A stretch of DNA of 62,906 nucleotides, filler included, from Octopus bimaculoides (GCF_001194135.2; 3 parts of 3 records of this genome joined end to end with filler, not necessarily neighbours in it); one strand, 5' to 3'. Shown: positions 13,770 to 26,700, counted from the whole stretch's first letter. The notes: generated from the letters alone by a model not told the origin. Numbers and translations are program-made.

Positions 13770-16700
13770 CATCAACTGGTTACTGGATGCACTTATGTTT
13801 AAAGTTGAAATAGACAGAAAATTTTATACTTAAACAAAGCATTGCATTGATCCATATTTTAGCAACTGCTAACAGATGAAAGATAAAACCAACTAAATAT
13901 GTCAAAATATGTGGCCTTATGTACCTTTTAGAAATCATTGTTTTTAATATAGTTAGGGGTTATCTATAAATTTATTTTGTTAATCCCCTTTCAAGTAAAC
14001 CTACTAATTTCATTGATAAACTTTAAAATGTAAATAATTTCAAGATGGCACTTCAGGATGGCAACAGTCAAATGACTGAAACAAGTAAAAGAATAAATTT
14101 ATGTAAATATTTTCTGGCGTTAATAACATGATGGAATTTATTTTTATATACAAGGTATTAAATCTGATTTATGAAAATAATGAAAAGACTTTTATAGGTA
14201 CAATCTAAGCAAATCAAAGTTGAAATATAACATCTAGTTGTATTATAGTAAGCTGTTATTCTTTTAATATATATTGAACATATTTTATCATTTCAGTATT
14301 TGTTTTAAAACCAGCATTTGATGAAACTGAAGCATTTGTACATAGGAAGCATTTGTACTCCTCAAGTTTTCATGATATATCATAAAAATAATTATTTAAA
14401 TTCCAATTAACATGATTCAAACTTATGTAAAGCATGACTTTCAATCAATTTGTGTTAAACACAATAACTTAATTTACTATTGTGCTTATTTAGCAAAAAA
14501 AAAAAGAAGAAGTGTTAAATATCTTTTTTATTCTCCTAATTACTCATCTATAATAAATCTCATTAATTTCATATGATTTTTGAACCTACAAAAGCATATT
14601 CTGGAAAATTATTTTTGAGCATCATTGTTATGAATGTAATTTATACTTCAAATGATGTGGAGTTGGTTGAGTTAGAAAAGCTTTACTGTATACCTTTCAT
14701 TACTACCCTGTCCTGAATTCATATTCCACCTAGAATAATGTTTTGCCTTTCATCCCTTTGCGAGCAAGAGAGTAAGATCCTGTAACTAACTCTAGCCCAT
14801 GACCTTCTAAAATTATCATCATGCCTACTTGGAAGAATATAAATAAAAATAACAAAACAATATCTGTGATATTAAAACCTCAAAAATCTGGCATTAGAGA
14901 TTGCTAAAGTATTTTACCTTAGTATTTCATTTTATGTTGTATTTTATTTATTTGCTGTCCAGCATTTTTGCAAATTGTTTGTACTTAATTTAATAATTTC
15001 CTTTTTATCAGTGTTACTCCTTGGATGAATTAATCATGTGACAGTCTCCATTCTTGGTTTTAAATTATATAACTGAAGTTCTTGAGAAAGGCTTGAAAAA
15101 GAAATGGGTGCGAGTGGAACTCAACTTTTTTCTATTTCGTTTACTTTCTTTTCTAGATATGAGATGTAATATCTCTTAGAAAAATAGCTAAATCTCATTC
15201 TAATTACACCCTACCATCTTAAGTAAACAAAGATACATTAAAAATGTTAGTATCTACTATACAAAAAGATGACATAGCATTAGCTGAAATGCATTTGATC
15301 ATGGGCCTACTTTATCAAGCCTTGTCCTGGAATTAAACAAAAGCAATTTATAAATTCTAGGCTTTTGTGTGTTTATTATGCACAAAATATTCCGCATCTT
15401 AGACCTCATGTTGTACTACCACAAATTAGATTTTGATATGCATAATAACCAACTGGTTGTTGAATATGCAAGAATTAAATAACTGTCAAAGAACAAAAAT
15501 TTACTGTGAAATATAAACACAAAATCCATATACTCTAAGTTTATTCTTTATTTATTTAACTATTAGATTTCTGGTTATTATTATAATACTCAAATATAGT
15601 TAGAGAGTATCCATTTTGAAAACAAATTAACTCTGTCCCATCCAGTCAGCTGAGATAGGAACTAGTTAGTTTTTAGCTATGATTCATTGTCGATTTCCTT
15701 TGAGGTCTTTGAATTAATTAACATTTGGAAATTTGGTAGCTGTCTGAGTTTTTTTAGTCTTTTGTTATTTCATTAACCATGATTCTTTTCTTAACTAGCC
15801 ATAAAAATACTTATAAATAACATTGTTAATATCATTCAGGAAATAATTAGAAAAGCCCTGTTGTTTGTTACTTGTGGTTCAAGTATTCAAAAACAGTTGT
15901 GATTATATTAATAAAAATTTATTTCCAGATTATCATTACTGTGTAAGTGTATCAAACAGTCAATATTATGACACATTCTAAATTTGGCCAGAGTGAATTT
16001 AATTATAGTTTACTGCTAAATTTTTCTTTGTGTAGTCTGGAATTGCTATGAAGATGATCTGTTCAACTTAGATGTAGTTTATTATGTTAATTTAATGTAA
16101 TTGTCTTGGAAATTTTAGATTCATAAGGATGGTGTTTTACTTTATTTTCAGTTGCATAGAACTACTGAAACGCTCAGTTTCTCTTCACTCGGAAATTTTC
16201 TATTACAAGTTAATTCCTCCAAAGGAACTGCTAGTTATTGTAAGGTAAAGTCAACTCCAATGGGATTTGAACTCTGAATGTAGAGGAACAAGTCTAATAA
16301 TGGTTTTACTATTCAAATGTGTCTTTGGACTTTTATTTATCTATATTAGACTGATTCTATAAACTCCTGATTCATGCTATATACATTAATAAGTTCATAC
16401 AGGCTTTTGTGTGTATGTACTTTATCTTATCTTAAATAAAATGTCAAATATCTGCCAGTTTTCACTCACTCGACCACATCAGTTAATTCTAATGTTGCAT
16501 TTGCTGTAGTCATTTGGGTGTTTAAACTACTTTTAATGACATCAAAAGTTGAAGTTGTAGCATAAGGTCTACTATAATACAGATTTAGCTAAATCTTTAA
16601 TGTGATACTATATTATGATTTATCATAGTGATTTGACATTGATGGAATAAATGTTAACTTGTCTGTCAAGTTTAACAAAGTATTATACCACACTCCTTGG

Positions 16701-17096
16701 TTTGACAAAATATGGAGGACAAGACTGTAAATGTAGTTTGGTAATATAGATGTCAATTCCATGTGGCTAGAGAGTTTATTCTTTGAAATTTATTTATTTA
16801 CATGGAATTTATATTGAATATTGTACAATAGTGATAAGATCCAGGTAAGCTGGTTTACAAAGCAGTTAAAATTACTTGTTGATCAATTCTACTTCATATA
16901 CGATATATATATTCATATGTAATACACATTCCCTGCCAGATTTTAAAACCTAAATAGAAGGGTGTATTATACACAAAGCAAAATGGTGTTTGACTCCTTC
17001 CTCAGCAAGGGTATGAAACCCTCCTTCAGATAGTAATTGAGGCAGATTTTTCCACAGCTCTTCTTGTTTACTTCTTAACATTTGTAATGTTGTGCT

Positions 17097-17311
17097 ATTC
17101 CTTTAGCATTTAGATTACTCTGTAAAATGTAATGCTTCTTTATACACATTATTTTGAATTAATCATACATTATCTCATAGCTTTGAGATTTCAACGATAT
17201 GATTGTTTATTTTAGAATGACATTATAGTGTAGGTGTGAGAGGCTGATTTGAGCATAAAACATGTTGAATATTTGGGCCAGATATGGCCAGTTTAAATGA
17301 TAAAGGGTTAA
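17097..17311. mobile_element. Short non-autonomous element with piggyBac-type ends (MITE)
   Basis: Left end CCTTTAGCATTTA; right end TAAATGATAAAGGG followed by TTAA at 17308-17311 (imperfect inverted repeat). Confidence 0.65.
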
Positions 17312-17699
17312 GTTATGTTAATATCTCTAATGTTAAGCTTTTACCAGCTTGAGGGTATTTTCAACTTCATTGGTCAAAATAAGTGTTACTTCTTCCAACA
17401 TTTGTGATGGTGGAAGCTGGTGTAAAATGTTTTACATGCCTCTTTCATCTTTCTTTTGTCTGTCACCTTGAGCCCTTCCTTGTTCTTAAGCACTGTCACC
17501 TCTGACCTATAAAGTGTCATCTCTCTCCTGCATCTCTTTTAGATTCTCCTTTCCTCTATAGCCCACAACAGCTTCTTCAATCTATAATTCTTGAATCTTT
17601 TTCCAAATGTTGTCTTATCATTTTGCAGAGAACAGAGTATTCAAGATGATCTTCCATGTTCCTCTTCATAGTTTTCTAGCTGACTCCTAATGTCCTGAA

Positions 17700-18135
17700 A
17701 GTGCATCACATCAAGTCCCTTTAATGTCACTGTTCTGCCTGTATTCTTATACATAAGTCAGATGTGAGCAGATGTGGACTACTGTGGAGAGGGCAGAACA
17801 TCAATTGATTATGGCACAAAGGATCATGGAAAGATCTATGCTAGGAATATCATTATGAAAGCATAACCAAAATGAGATAATTCAAGATTAAAACAGAGTG
17901 AATGGTGGGATAACTGAATACTGAATGCACAAGTTCCGCTGGCAGATATGTCACAATGTTCACAAACAACAGATAGACCCATGCAACTGTCAAGTAGTAT
18001 CAGAGAAAAAGCCATTTAAAGGCCTCCGTGATGGTGAGGTGATGATTTAGTTAAATGATATGAGCCAGAATGAAAAAGAAGGGCACAATCAAGAAAGAAT
18101 TGGAAGCATATTATGACCGACTAGTGGTGTATAAC
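17700..18135 (+). mobile_element. Decayed RTE-clade LINE, C-terminal ORF fragment
   Basis: Broken translation ...VLPV...EHQLIMAQRIMERSMLGISL...KFRW...; resembles the RTE C-terminal pattern MER.MLG.SL...I.NE.IR...K.RWAGH. Confidence 0.6.
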
Positions 18136-18288
18136 AATATCTGATAGTTTGGTCAATACAAGTGGTCAAACATAGTAACTATTAAGCATTTTCCCTCTGT
18201 TGAGTGCATTACCATATTTAGGTTGGCATGAGAAAAGTAAATGAATAATACATATTGTTAAAGCTGATGTGTAATGAATATTTTAAGA

Positions 18289-18291
<3 letters not shown>

Positions 18292-18361
<70 letters not shown>
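18292..18361. repeat. (ATT)n microsatellite
   Basis: Perfect trinucleotide run. Confidence 0.98.
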
Positions 18362-19859
18362 GTTAAATTCAAATTACGATGAAAGTAAACAAACAAATGA
18401 AGTTTGCTTTAGAAGCATTGAGATGTCTTAGAAAGTTAAAGAAGTGATTTTTTAAATTCTCAAACACAGGATAATGCTAATAATATAACCTGAACAGGAT
18501 AAACTAGCCCTAATTTGCAGAAAAAAGTGTTGGTGGCCATTTTCTGCACATACCTCCTTCCCATAGAATTATTGCCATTATCATATCATTCAGTACAGAA
18601 AGCCAGAATGTTATACTTTCATTATTGAAAATACTGCTTAAATTATTTAATGTGTAGGTTAAATTAATAATGGCTTAGCCATAACTCTCAAGTAGTTATG
18701 ATCTGATTGCTTGTATTCCACTTTCATAGTTGTTTTAGGTTCCTATGGAGTCCCAAGCAGACACATATATCCTCCTGACTCCCTTACTTTTGACCCAATA
18801 GAATATCAAGGATGTGACAGTTGGAGAGAGAGTGAGAGAAAGAGATAGTGGGGAAGAGAGAGAGAGAGTTGGACCAGCAGTTGGCTGGAACTCATTTTCA
18901 GCTAAGAAAGCTTGAATAAATATTGATTAATAATCAATATAGATAACACAACGATACTGTCATTATCAAAATATAGATATTTACTGGAAATAAAATAGAA
19001 ATATTTCTGTTCCTGAAATACTGTAAATACTATAACCAAACATCACTATGTACTATTTTATTGACAAAATGAAAATATTTGATAATAAAATTATTTAAAT
19101 GTGAAAGCTGATTAAAAATCAGTGTTCACATTCTACATTATGTCTTTGATCTCTTTCTGTCCAGGAATTATAGTAAATGTAGCTAAACGCTGCTAAAAAA
19201 GTGTGTATTACATATGAATAAACACAATATTGCTCATACTGGCAATACTTGGCTAAAGTCAACAGCTTGTAGAGGAATGGGCTGTGCCAAGATGACTTGC
19301 CTTTAATACACCACATGAAGAAAGAACATTTGGCTGCAACCAACAAAGTATTAAGGTTTATTTGTTGAATGCCAGATAACCAGCCAAAGGGTTAATTCAT
19401 ATCCTGCTGATGTTGAAACTGCATCATTTCTGTGGTCAAGATATTTAGCAATCAGATGGCCAAATAAAAGAGTAACATAATGTCGTAACTACTTGTCATT
19501 CAGCAGTGGGAGCATTGTAAAATTGAATGGAGTTTTTAGTGGGCTGTTATGTGGATAGATGTATGTATGTGTGTGTATGGGTATATGTGTGTATATGCAC
19601 ATGTATGTAAGCATATGGATATGAAAATAAACAGATCAACATAGACGGATAGATACATAGGTTTTATGAACAGACAAGCACACATACGCAAATGGAGACT
19701 GAAACACATGACCATATATATACACACACACTTTACTTCACACAAGGTCACATATGGAGACATGTGTCCACACATATGGAGATGCACATCCATAAATACA
19801 AGCATGGTACATAGTTGCAAAACACACACACAGACATGCACACACAAACAGACAGGTGC

Positions 19860-20127
19860 ATACATATACAAACACACGCTCACACACACACACATACATA
19901 AAAAAATACGCAAACACAGACATGCAAGCACATGAATATGCAGAATACATACATACAGATGCACACGCATACATATATATATATGCATATGCATACACAC
20001 ACATATATACATACACACACATGCATACATACATACATTCATACATACATACATACATACATACATACATACATACATACATACATACATGCATGCATGC
20101 ATGCATGCATGCATGCATGTATGTATG
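19860..20127. repeat. Compound (CA)n/(CATA)n/(CATG)n microsatellite
   Basis: Directly visible; it produces the MYVC/HTYI pseudo-ORFs. Confidence 0.95.
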
Positions 20128-20455
20128 TGAATTGTTAGAAAGGATCATAAAATACAGAACCCAGTTTGCACAAAAACTGTTAGCCGGGAGCTGCACAAGG
20201 CCGGATTTCATGGGAGGGTAGCAATCAGAAAACCACTACTTTCAAAAACAAACGTTGCACTTAGAGTGGAGTAAAAACATACAAAATTGGTCCCTAGAGC
20301 AGTGGAAAAATGTTATTTTCTCGGGTGAGTCATCCTTTACCTTATTTCTGACCACTGGCTAAGTATAAGTGTGAAAACAGCCAAAAGAAACATCTGACCC
20401 AGACTGCCTTCTTCCAACTGTCAAATATGGAGGAGGATCTGTGATGATCGGGGGG
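20128..20455 (+). mobile_element. Tc1-like transposase remnant, truncated by gap
   Basis: Translation TVSRELHKAGFHGRVAIRKPLLSKTN...LEWSKNIQNWSLEQWKNVIFSGESSF...DPDCLLPTVKYGGGSVMI matches the Tc1 W..VIFSDES and PTVKHGGGSVM motifs. Confidence 0.85.
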
Positions 20456-20555
20456 NNNNNNNNNNNNNNNNNNNNNNNNNNNNNNNNNNNNNNNNNNNNT
20501 TAATTAATTAANNNNNNNNNNNNNNNNNNNNNNNNNNNNNNNNNNNNNNNNNNNN
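20456..20555. other. Artificial scaffold-join spacer 44N-TTAATTAATTAA-44N
   Basis: Exactly 100 bp; identical structure at 41013-41112; the 12-mer places stop codons in all six frames. Confidence 0.92.
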
Positions 20556-20601
<46 letters not shown>

Positions 20602-21378
20602 TTTGTATTTATGCATGTTAATATATATATGTTTGTAATGCAATATGATCGTTTCATGCAACTCTATTTGATTGAACAAAGCAATCCTTACATCAGTTTG
20701 AAATGCAGAGCAATCTTCAGCTGCACAAAGACATAGAAGTTAATTAAATTAGAACAGGTAAAAATCAAGATTTATTAGATTTTTATGACTATAACAACTA
20801 TGATGTCTGCCTGCTCCCTTCCTACCCCTAACAGATACTGCCCTCTGTTCTCTCAGCCTTGGATATACAAGGGATTTGATAAACTAGTCTATAAATGAAA
20901 ACTGGTCCCATAAAAACAAAAAATATCAATGACAAGCAGAGTATGTAACAATATATACCTTCTTGAAAAGCTTAGTAACTTTTATGCTAGAGTGAGACAG
21001 CATGTTTTTTTTTTCTATCTCCTTAATTTCTTGGATATTTTAGGTATAAATATACTAATGTGTCCATCTGTTCTAATTTAATTAACTCCTATGTCTTTGT
21101 TCTGTATTTTAAGTTGATGTAATGATTGTATTGTTCAATTAAATGGAGTTGCATGAAGTGATGAAAGTTGAATTACCTCTCGATATGCTTGTTGCTCATT
21201 TTGATTTTAATCACCTAATTTTAATCACTTAATATGTATATATGTTTTTGTATTGTATGTCAATTTATTTGTCCTTAAATGTATTACATAATCTCACTTA
21301 CATAACCAAGCCATTTCCTCAGGCATCCTGATTCTATTGACTGGTTGATAGTCTGAGAATGTAGCCGGTACTCCTCCT

Positions 21379-21560
21379 TACCACCCTGTAAGCCGAATTC
21401 CAATTACAGTACAATTGATATAATTGGCACAATCATTGGGAAACTTAATATCCATTTCCACAGTAAAGTTGCACGAGAAAACTGTAATCTACAGAACCCC
21501 AGATAATATATCCTATTTTTTAAACTGTTTGGTCTAGTAATTAAATATATGGAGGTGGGT
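21379..21560 (+). promoter_or_regulatory. Conserved upstream block of paralog A (putative promoter)
   Basis: GCCGAATTC...TAATTGGCACAATC...TAAAGTTGCA.GA...CCCCAGA is shared with 29615-29800 and 36635-36810; TATAAAT occurs in B (29782) and C (36798), and degenerate TAAATATAT in A. Confidence 0.5.
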
Positions 21561-21750
21561 ACATGTTCGTGTGCACAATTCCTGATTACAGATTGTTTCT
21601 GCCTTTCAATTCAACATTTTTTCTTACAGTATATTGATCAACCTGGTGGTCTAGTAGAAGACATTTATTCAATGTGGTGCTGCGCAATGGAATCCAACTT
21701 AAACCCACGTTATTGCAAATATTACCACACATATAGTGTATAATATTGCA

Positions 21751-21757
21751 ATGTTGT
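21751..21757 (+). CDS. Paralog A candidate coding exon 1 (ATG TTG T)
   Basis: GTAAAT donor is positionally conserved in all three copies (21758, 29977, 36961), giving 148-153 bp introns; a phase-1 join yields MLFTIFLWITLSNG-C, a signal-peptide-like start. Confidence 0.35.
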
Positions 21758-21910
21758 GTAAATGCCAAGACTTTGAAAACTCAATAAAGAAAATCGTTGG
21801 CCAAGCATACACACGCATGAGCTCATTCAAAAAAGACACATTACATAATTAAACGCATAAATATTTATAACTAATTATTTAAATAACTTCTTATCCATTC
21901 TATATTTCAG

Positions 21911-22058
21911 TTACTATTTTTCTGTGGATAACATTGAGCAATGGTTGTTTGCAAACAGCTGTCGGTGAATTTATGAATTGTACAGCGAAATTAAATATCT
22001 CAGTCTCACTAGAAACGAATAGAATCGCGTTAAAACATCAGATGAGTGTGATATGCAA
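21911..22058 (+). CDS. Paralog A exon 2, Cys-rich secreted/surface protein
   Basis: TATATTTCAG acceptor and GTAATT donor; phase 1-2; xTIFLWITLSNGCLQTAVGEFMNCTAKLNISVSLETNRIALKHQMSVIC; same boundaries and cysteines in B and C. Confidence 0.85.
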
Positions 22059-22226
22059 GTAATTTAACATTTTATTAAATACAAATTATTCAATTTATTG
22101 TTCACTGCTTTATAATTCAGCCATAAGTCAGGCAGAGTAAGTCACACAATAAAATAAGATTGATATGAGGATAGGTAGAATACTAAAATGTCTGACATTT
22201 GTTTTCTTCTTAATGATAAACATGGT

Positions 22227-22532
22227 GGAGGCGCAATGGCCCAGTGGTTAGGGCAGCGGACTCGCGGTCATAGGATCGCGGTTTCGATTCCCAGACCGAG
22301 CGTTGTGAGTGTTTATTGAGCGAAAACACCTAAAGCTCCACGAGGCTCCGGCAGGGGATGGTAGCAAACCCTGCTGTACTCTTTCACCACAACTTTCTCT
22401 CACTCTTACTTCCTGTTTCTGTTGTGCCTGTAATTCAAAGGGTCAGCCTTGTCACGCTGTGTCACGCTGAATATCCTCGAGAACTACGTTAAGGGTATAC
22501 GTGTCTGTGGAGTGCTCAGCCACTTGCACGTT
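22227..22532 (+). mobile_element. Young tRNA-derived SINE family B (3' end lost in gap)
   Basis: GGAGGCGCAATGGCCCAGTGGTTAGGGCAGCGGACTCGCGG...GGTTTCGATTCCC (A-box/B-box-like); near-identical to 27026-27410 and 42854-43221; absent at the equivalent intron position of copy C. Confidence 0.9.
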
Positions 22533-22991
22533 NNNNNNNNNNNNNNNNNNNNNNNNNNNNNNNNNNNNNNNNNNNNNNNNNNNNNNNNNNNNNNNNNNNN
22601 NNNNNNNNNNNNNNNNNNNNNNNNNNNNNNNNNNNNNNNNNNNNNNNNNNNNNNNNNNNNNNNNNNNNNNNNNNNNNNNNNNNNNNNNNNNNNNNNNNNN
22701 NNNNNNNNNNNNNNNNNNNNNNNNNNNNNNNNNNNNNNNNNNNNNNNNNNNNNNNNNNNNNNNNNNNNNNNNNNNNNNNNNNNNNNNNNNNNNNNNNNNN
22801 NNNNNNNNNNNNNNNNNNNNNNNNNNNNNNNNNNNNNNNNNNNNNNNNNNNNNNNNNNNNNNNNNNNNNNNNNNNNNNNNNNNNNNNNNNNNNNNNNNNN
22901 NNNNNNNNNNNNNNNNNNNNNNNNNNNNNNNNNNNNNNNNNNNNNNNNNNNNNNNNNNNNNNNNNNNNNNNNNNNNNNNNNNNNNNNNNNN

Positions 22992-23049
<58 letters not shown>

Positions 23050-23062
23050 GTTTATATATATA

Positions 23063-24227
23063 TACAGGGTGCGTAAGCTATTTGAGAATTGATTTGTGAT
23101 TATAAAAAAGAAACAGATATATAATAACAGATAATAACTTTACTTATCAAAAACTGCTATGAGGATAAAAATAAACCTTCTTTTCTAAAACAATATTCAA
23201 TAAAGCCACCTTCATCTTCAGCAACTGCTTCTATATGAGATCTAAATCATCTACATGCTCGAATTAAGTGGCCCTGATTCATTTTGGACATTACTTTGAC
23301 TATGGCAGCTTTCATAGAATGTTTGGTGTTATAGGCGTGTTCATTGACTTCTCTCTCAACAATGCTCCACATGTAATAGTCCAATAGATTGAGATCTGGA
23401 GAATTAGGAGACCAAATGTTAGGGGTTATGTGATCATGGGAATTTTCATCCTTCCATTCTTGTGTTACTAGAGCCATATGCAGAGTCCTTCTGAAGCACA
23501 TATGGCCTTCTATTGCATACACTGTCTATCCAGGGCTTAACAATTATTTCCAGGACCTTAATGTAGGCGGCAGAGTTAACTCTAAGACATTGTGGAAAGA
23601 AGTAAGGAGGTATCACATGTCCTTCATTGCTGACAACTCCTAAAATCATGACAGTTGCAGAAAATTGTGTATGCATAACACTTGGAACTTCAGAAGGGTC
23701 TAAACATAATCATCTGTCATTTCTTCTGTTAACTTTTTGATCTTGGTCGAAGTTTTTCTTGTTTGAGAAAAAAACCAAATCAAATCATGGATTTTTCAGT
23801 TTGCCTTAGATCTGATATAGTGATTTTCTTTTGCTTTTTCTGACAAATTGATTTTTCCCCATCATGTAAGACATATCTGATTCGTGAACAACCTTTCTGA
23901 TTGTTCCTTCTGACACATAGAGATCTTTTGCAATTGACCTCAAAGACTTTCTGGGATTGTAATCAATAATCTGTTGAACTTGCTGGATAAATCCAGATGT
24001 TCTGATGATTTCAGAGTGTTTAGAATTCTTTTTATGCTTTGATGCTGGTGATACATTTCCATCTTCAATTTCTAGCTCCTTACAAATTTTGTAACCACAA
24101 TAACAGCATGACTCTTCGTTTCTTGAGTAAGCTAAGGGTCTGCCATTGTTATTTTCTGAAACAAAGATTATACAGAGATAGAAAAAATGCAGCAATGACC
24201 CCAAAAATGTATGTCCCCCAAATACCT

Positions 24228-24230
<3 letters not shown>
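23063..24230 (-). mobile_element. Near full-length decayed maT (DD37D-type) Tc1/mariner transposon in intron 2 of paralog A
   Basis: Minus-strand fragments NPRKSLRSIAKDLYVSEGTIRKVVHE; ATVMILGVVSNEGHVIPPYFFPQCLRVNSAAYIKVLEIIVKPW; WSPNSPDLNLLDYYMWSIVEREVN...KAAIVKVM; frameshifted; begins TA-CAGGGT at 23063. Confidence 0.85.
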
Positions 24231-24271
<41 letters not shown>

Positions 24272-25462
24272 TTATTTTATTCCACACGGGTAGAAATATA
24301 GAAAAATGAAGTTAAAAGTGCACTGGGATTCGTTTAGATTTTTTAGTTTTAAATTTTTAATGACAACCAGTTTCACAAATTCCTCTGATTTTCAAAAGTT
24401 GACACAGCTATGCTGCAACTGTTTTTCTTCTAATAGTATCTGCGTTCATAGATACAAACCATAACTATACAAGTATTGGGCTCCATAGAAACAACTCCTG
24501 TCCACTTTATCATATCACAGAGTTAGAGAGCCCGGTTTGGGAACTGGCACTAGACATATTCACTCAACCGTGTCAACCTTAATTTACGGCGCAAAACATA
24601 TAGCAACATGATATTAACACATGGACATAGCGGGGGAACCGACAAAAAATTTCTAAGGCTAATCACGTGGTCTCTACCACATCTGACATAAATTTCAGAC
24701 AGTCTTCATTGTTTGGGATTGGCACTTGACATATTCATTCAATCATGACAGCTTTAACTTACGACACGAAAGATAATGTCACTTGACATTCAAGAACGGA
24801 CACAGCAGGAAACTTACAAAAGTTTCTAAGCCTAATCACGTGATCATACTCGGCCTGTCAGAACGTATCCAAAACTGAAACTAATTTCAGTTATGTCCTC
24901 TCAATAAAAATACGAGAATCTTTGAACTCCAAACTGAATCAATACAATTGCAACATAGCTCCACGTCTTTTTATCTCACCCTTTGAAAATCAGAGAAATC
25001 TGTGAAACCGGTTAAGTCTTTAAAAATTTACACATACAAAAAGCGTAGTAATATCTGTTTGAGTAGCTGATGATAGGAATGCAAATATTTTTATGTTTGA
25101 CTGTGAATTTCTTACATCTTAGTCTCGTTATTTTGGATTGGCCTTTATTCTTGTAAAATGGAAAGTGTTTCTGGGGATATTGTTTGTTTTTCTTCATAGG
25201 CAACCTAATTAAACTTGGACAAGGCTTAGATATTAGTGTCTAGATCTAGGAGGTTCAGTGGCTTATAGCTTACTGTTTCTTTATTGGTAGGGTCAACAAA
25301 TAAGGTATTCCATCCAGTGAGAGATAAATATCATTTAACATACACAGAATTTAAAAAGCACCCGCACACACATGTATGTATGTATGTATGTATGTATGTA
25401 TTCATCTATCTATCTATCTATCTATACGTACATCTGTCTTCTAAATTTATTTCTTTTTCTAG

Positions 25463-25608
25463 AATGGGACCAAACGACAAACAAGTATTCCAATCTTGCT
25501 TCGATACTTTAAAAAGATGTGATCAATTTATGATAATCGCAGATACTCTTGGGACAAATATCATGAATTTTGTTGAGGCCAGCGAGAAACTGTGTGGAGA
25601 CGAAGACG
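25463..25608 (+). CDS. Paralog A exon 3
   Basis: TTTCTTTTTCTAG acceptor, G|GTAAGA donor; phase 2-1; MGPNDKQVFQSCFDTLKRCDQFMIIADTLGTNIMNFVEASEKLCGDED. Confidence 0.88.
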
Positions 25609-25880
25609 GTAAGATTTAGTTTTATTCTTGTTAAGGTTCTTTTTCTTGTCATTGTTAGTTAAGGAATACAAACGGGTAGCTTTCCTGTTTCACAGCTGTC
25701 GTCCAAAGTATGACCATCGGTATACCTTCTTTACTAATTGTTTTGTTTTTGTTCATAATTAATACAATTGTAATTGATATTTTGCCTTATAATTTCAAAT
25801 ATAATTAAATACGCCACCTTAATCAAAGGTTATTTCTTTAAATTCCAATAGTATATATAAGAAATTATATTTACTTTTAT

Positions 25881-25923
<43 letters not shown>

Positions 25924-26105
25924 TACATACATACATACATANNNNNNNNNNNNNNNNNNNNNNNNNNNNNNNNNNNNNNNNNNNNNNNNNNNNNNNNNNN
26001 NNNNNNNNNNNNNNNNNNNNNNNNNNNNNNNNNNNNNNNNNNNNNNNNNNNNNNNNNNNNNNNNNNNNNNNNNNNNNNNNNNNNNNNNNNNNNNNNNNNN
26101 NNNNN

Positions 26106-26136
<31 letters not shown>

Positions 26137-26700
26137 AAAGTTTTAAATTTTTACATTTAAGAGAGAGATTTGATGCTAATATCCATATCAATGTTATTTA
26201 TTCCTAAGGAGTCTAATTTAGATTTTTTGCGGTGAAATCTCCTGCTATATTGGTAACGATTACATAGTTTACTATGAAATATTATATACAATCACATAAT
26301 CTCCTAATCCCACATCGTTCTCTCTGTACATGGAAGTCCTGATACACGTTAACTTTATCATAAGTGATATTACTCTTTGATATCAGTCAGATTAAGAAAT
26401 AACTCTATAGATACAACCCTAAAAAGCAATTACTTCTCCGACAGACTGGCAAAGTCGAAGTTGCAAATACTACTCCGCCTCATCACTCATTCCTTCTATC
26501 TTTATAACAGCAATTCTTACTTATCTGAAATACTATATTCTCTATCACACTTGTGAAATATTTACTGCGTACACACACGCTAACACACGGACATAAACAC
26601 ACATGTACATACACAAATATACTTATAAACAGACATATGATTTAAAGAAACTCTAAATGAAATAGTAATTTATAGCACATTTTACTTCAATCTATTTCAG

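Noticed and set aside
18550-18630. Minus-strand exon candidate IFNNESITFWLSVLNDMIMAIILWEG with AG|GTATGT donor
   Set aside because: The acceptor is poor and I found no partner exons or homology; unsupported.
19536-20221. Long ORFs made of MYVC/HTYI/CV/HT repeats (also 37659-38100, 46388-46984, 49537-50000, 55139-55610, 62128-62751)
   Set aside because: They are translations of microsatellites, not proteins.
20500-20511. TTAATTAATTAA palindrome as a homeodomain site or biological motif
   Set aside because: It is embedded in exactly 44 N on each side at two loci, so it is an assembly spacer.
22227-22300. tRNA-like sequence (also 27026 and 43150-43221)
   Set aside because: It has A/B boxes but continues into a shared 300-bp SINE body and tail; it is a SINE head, not a tRNA gene.
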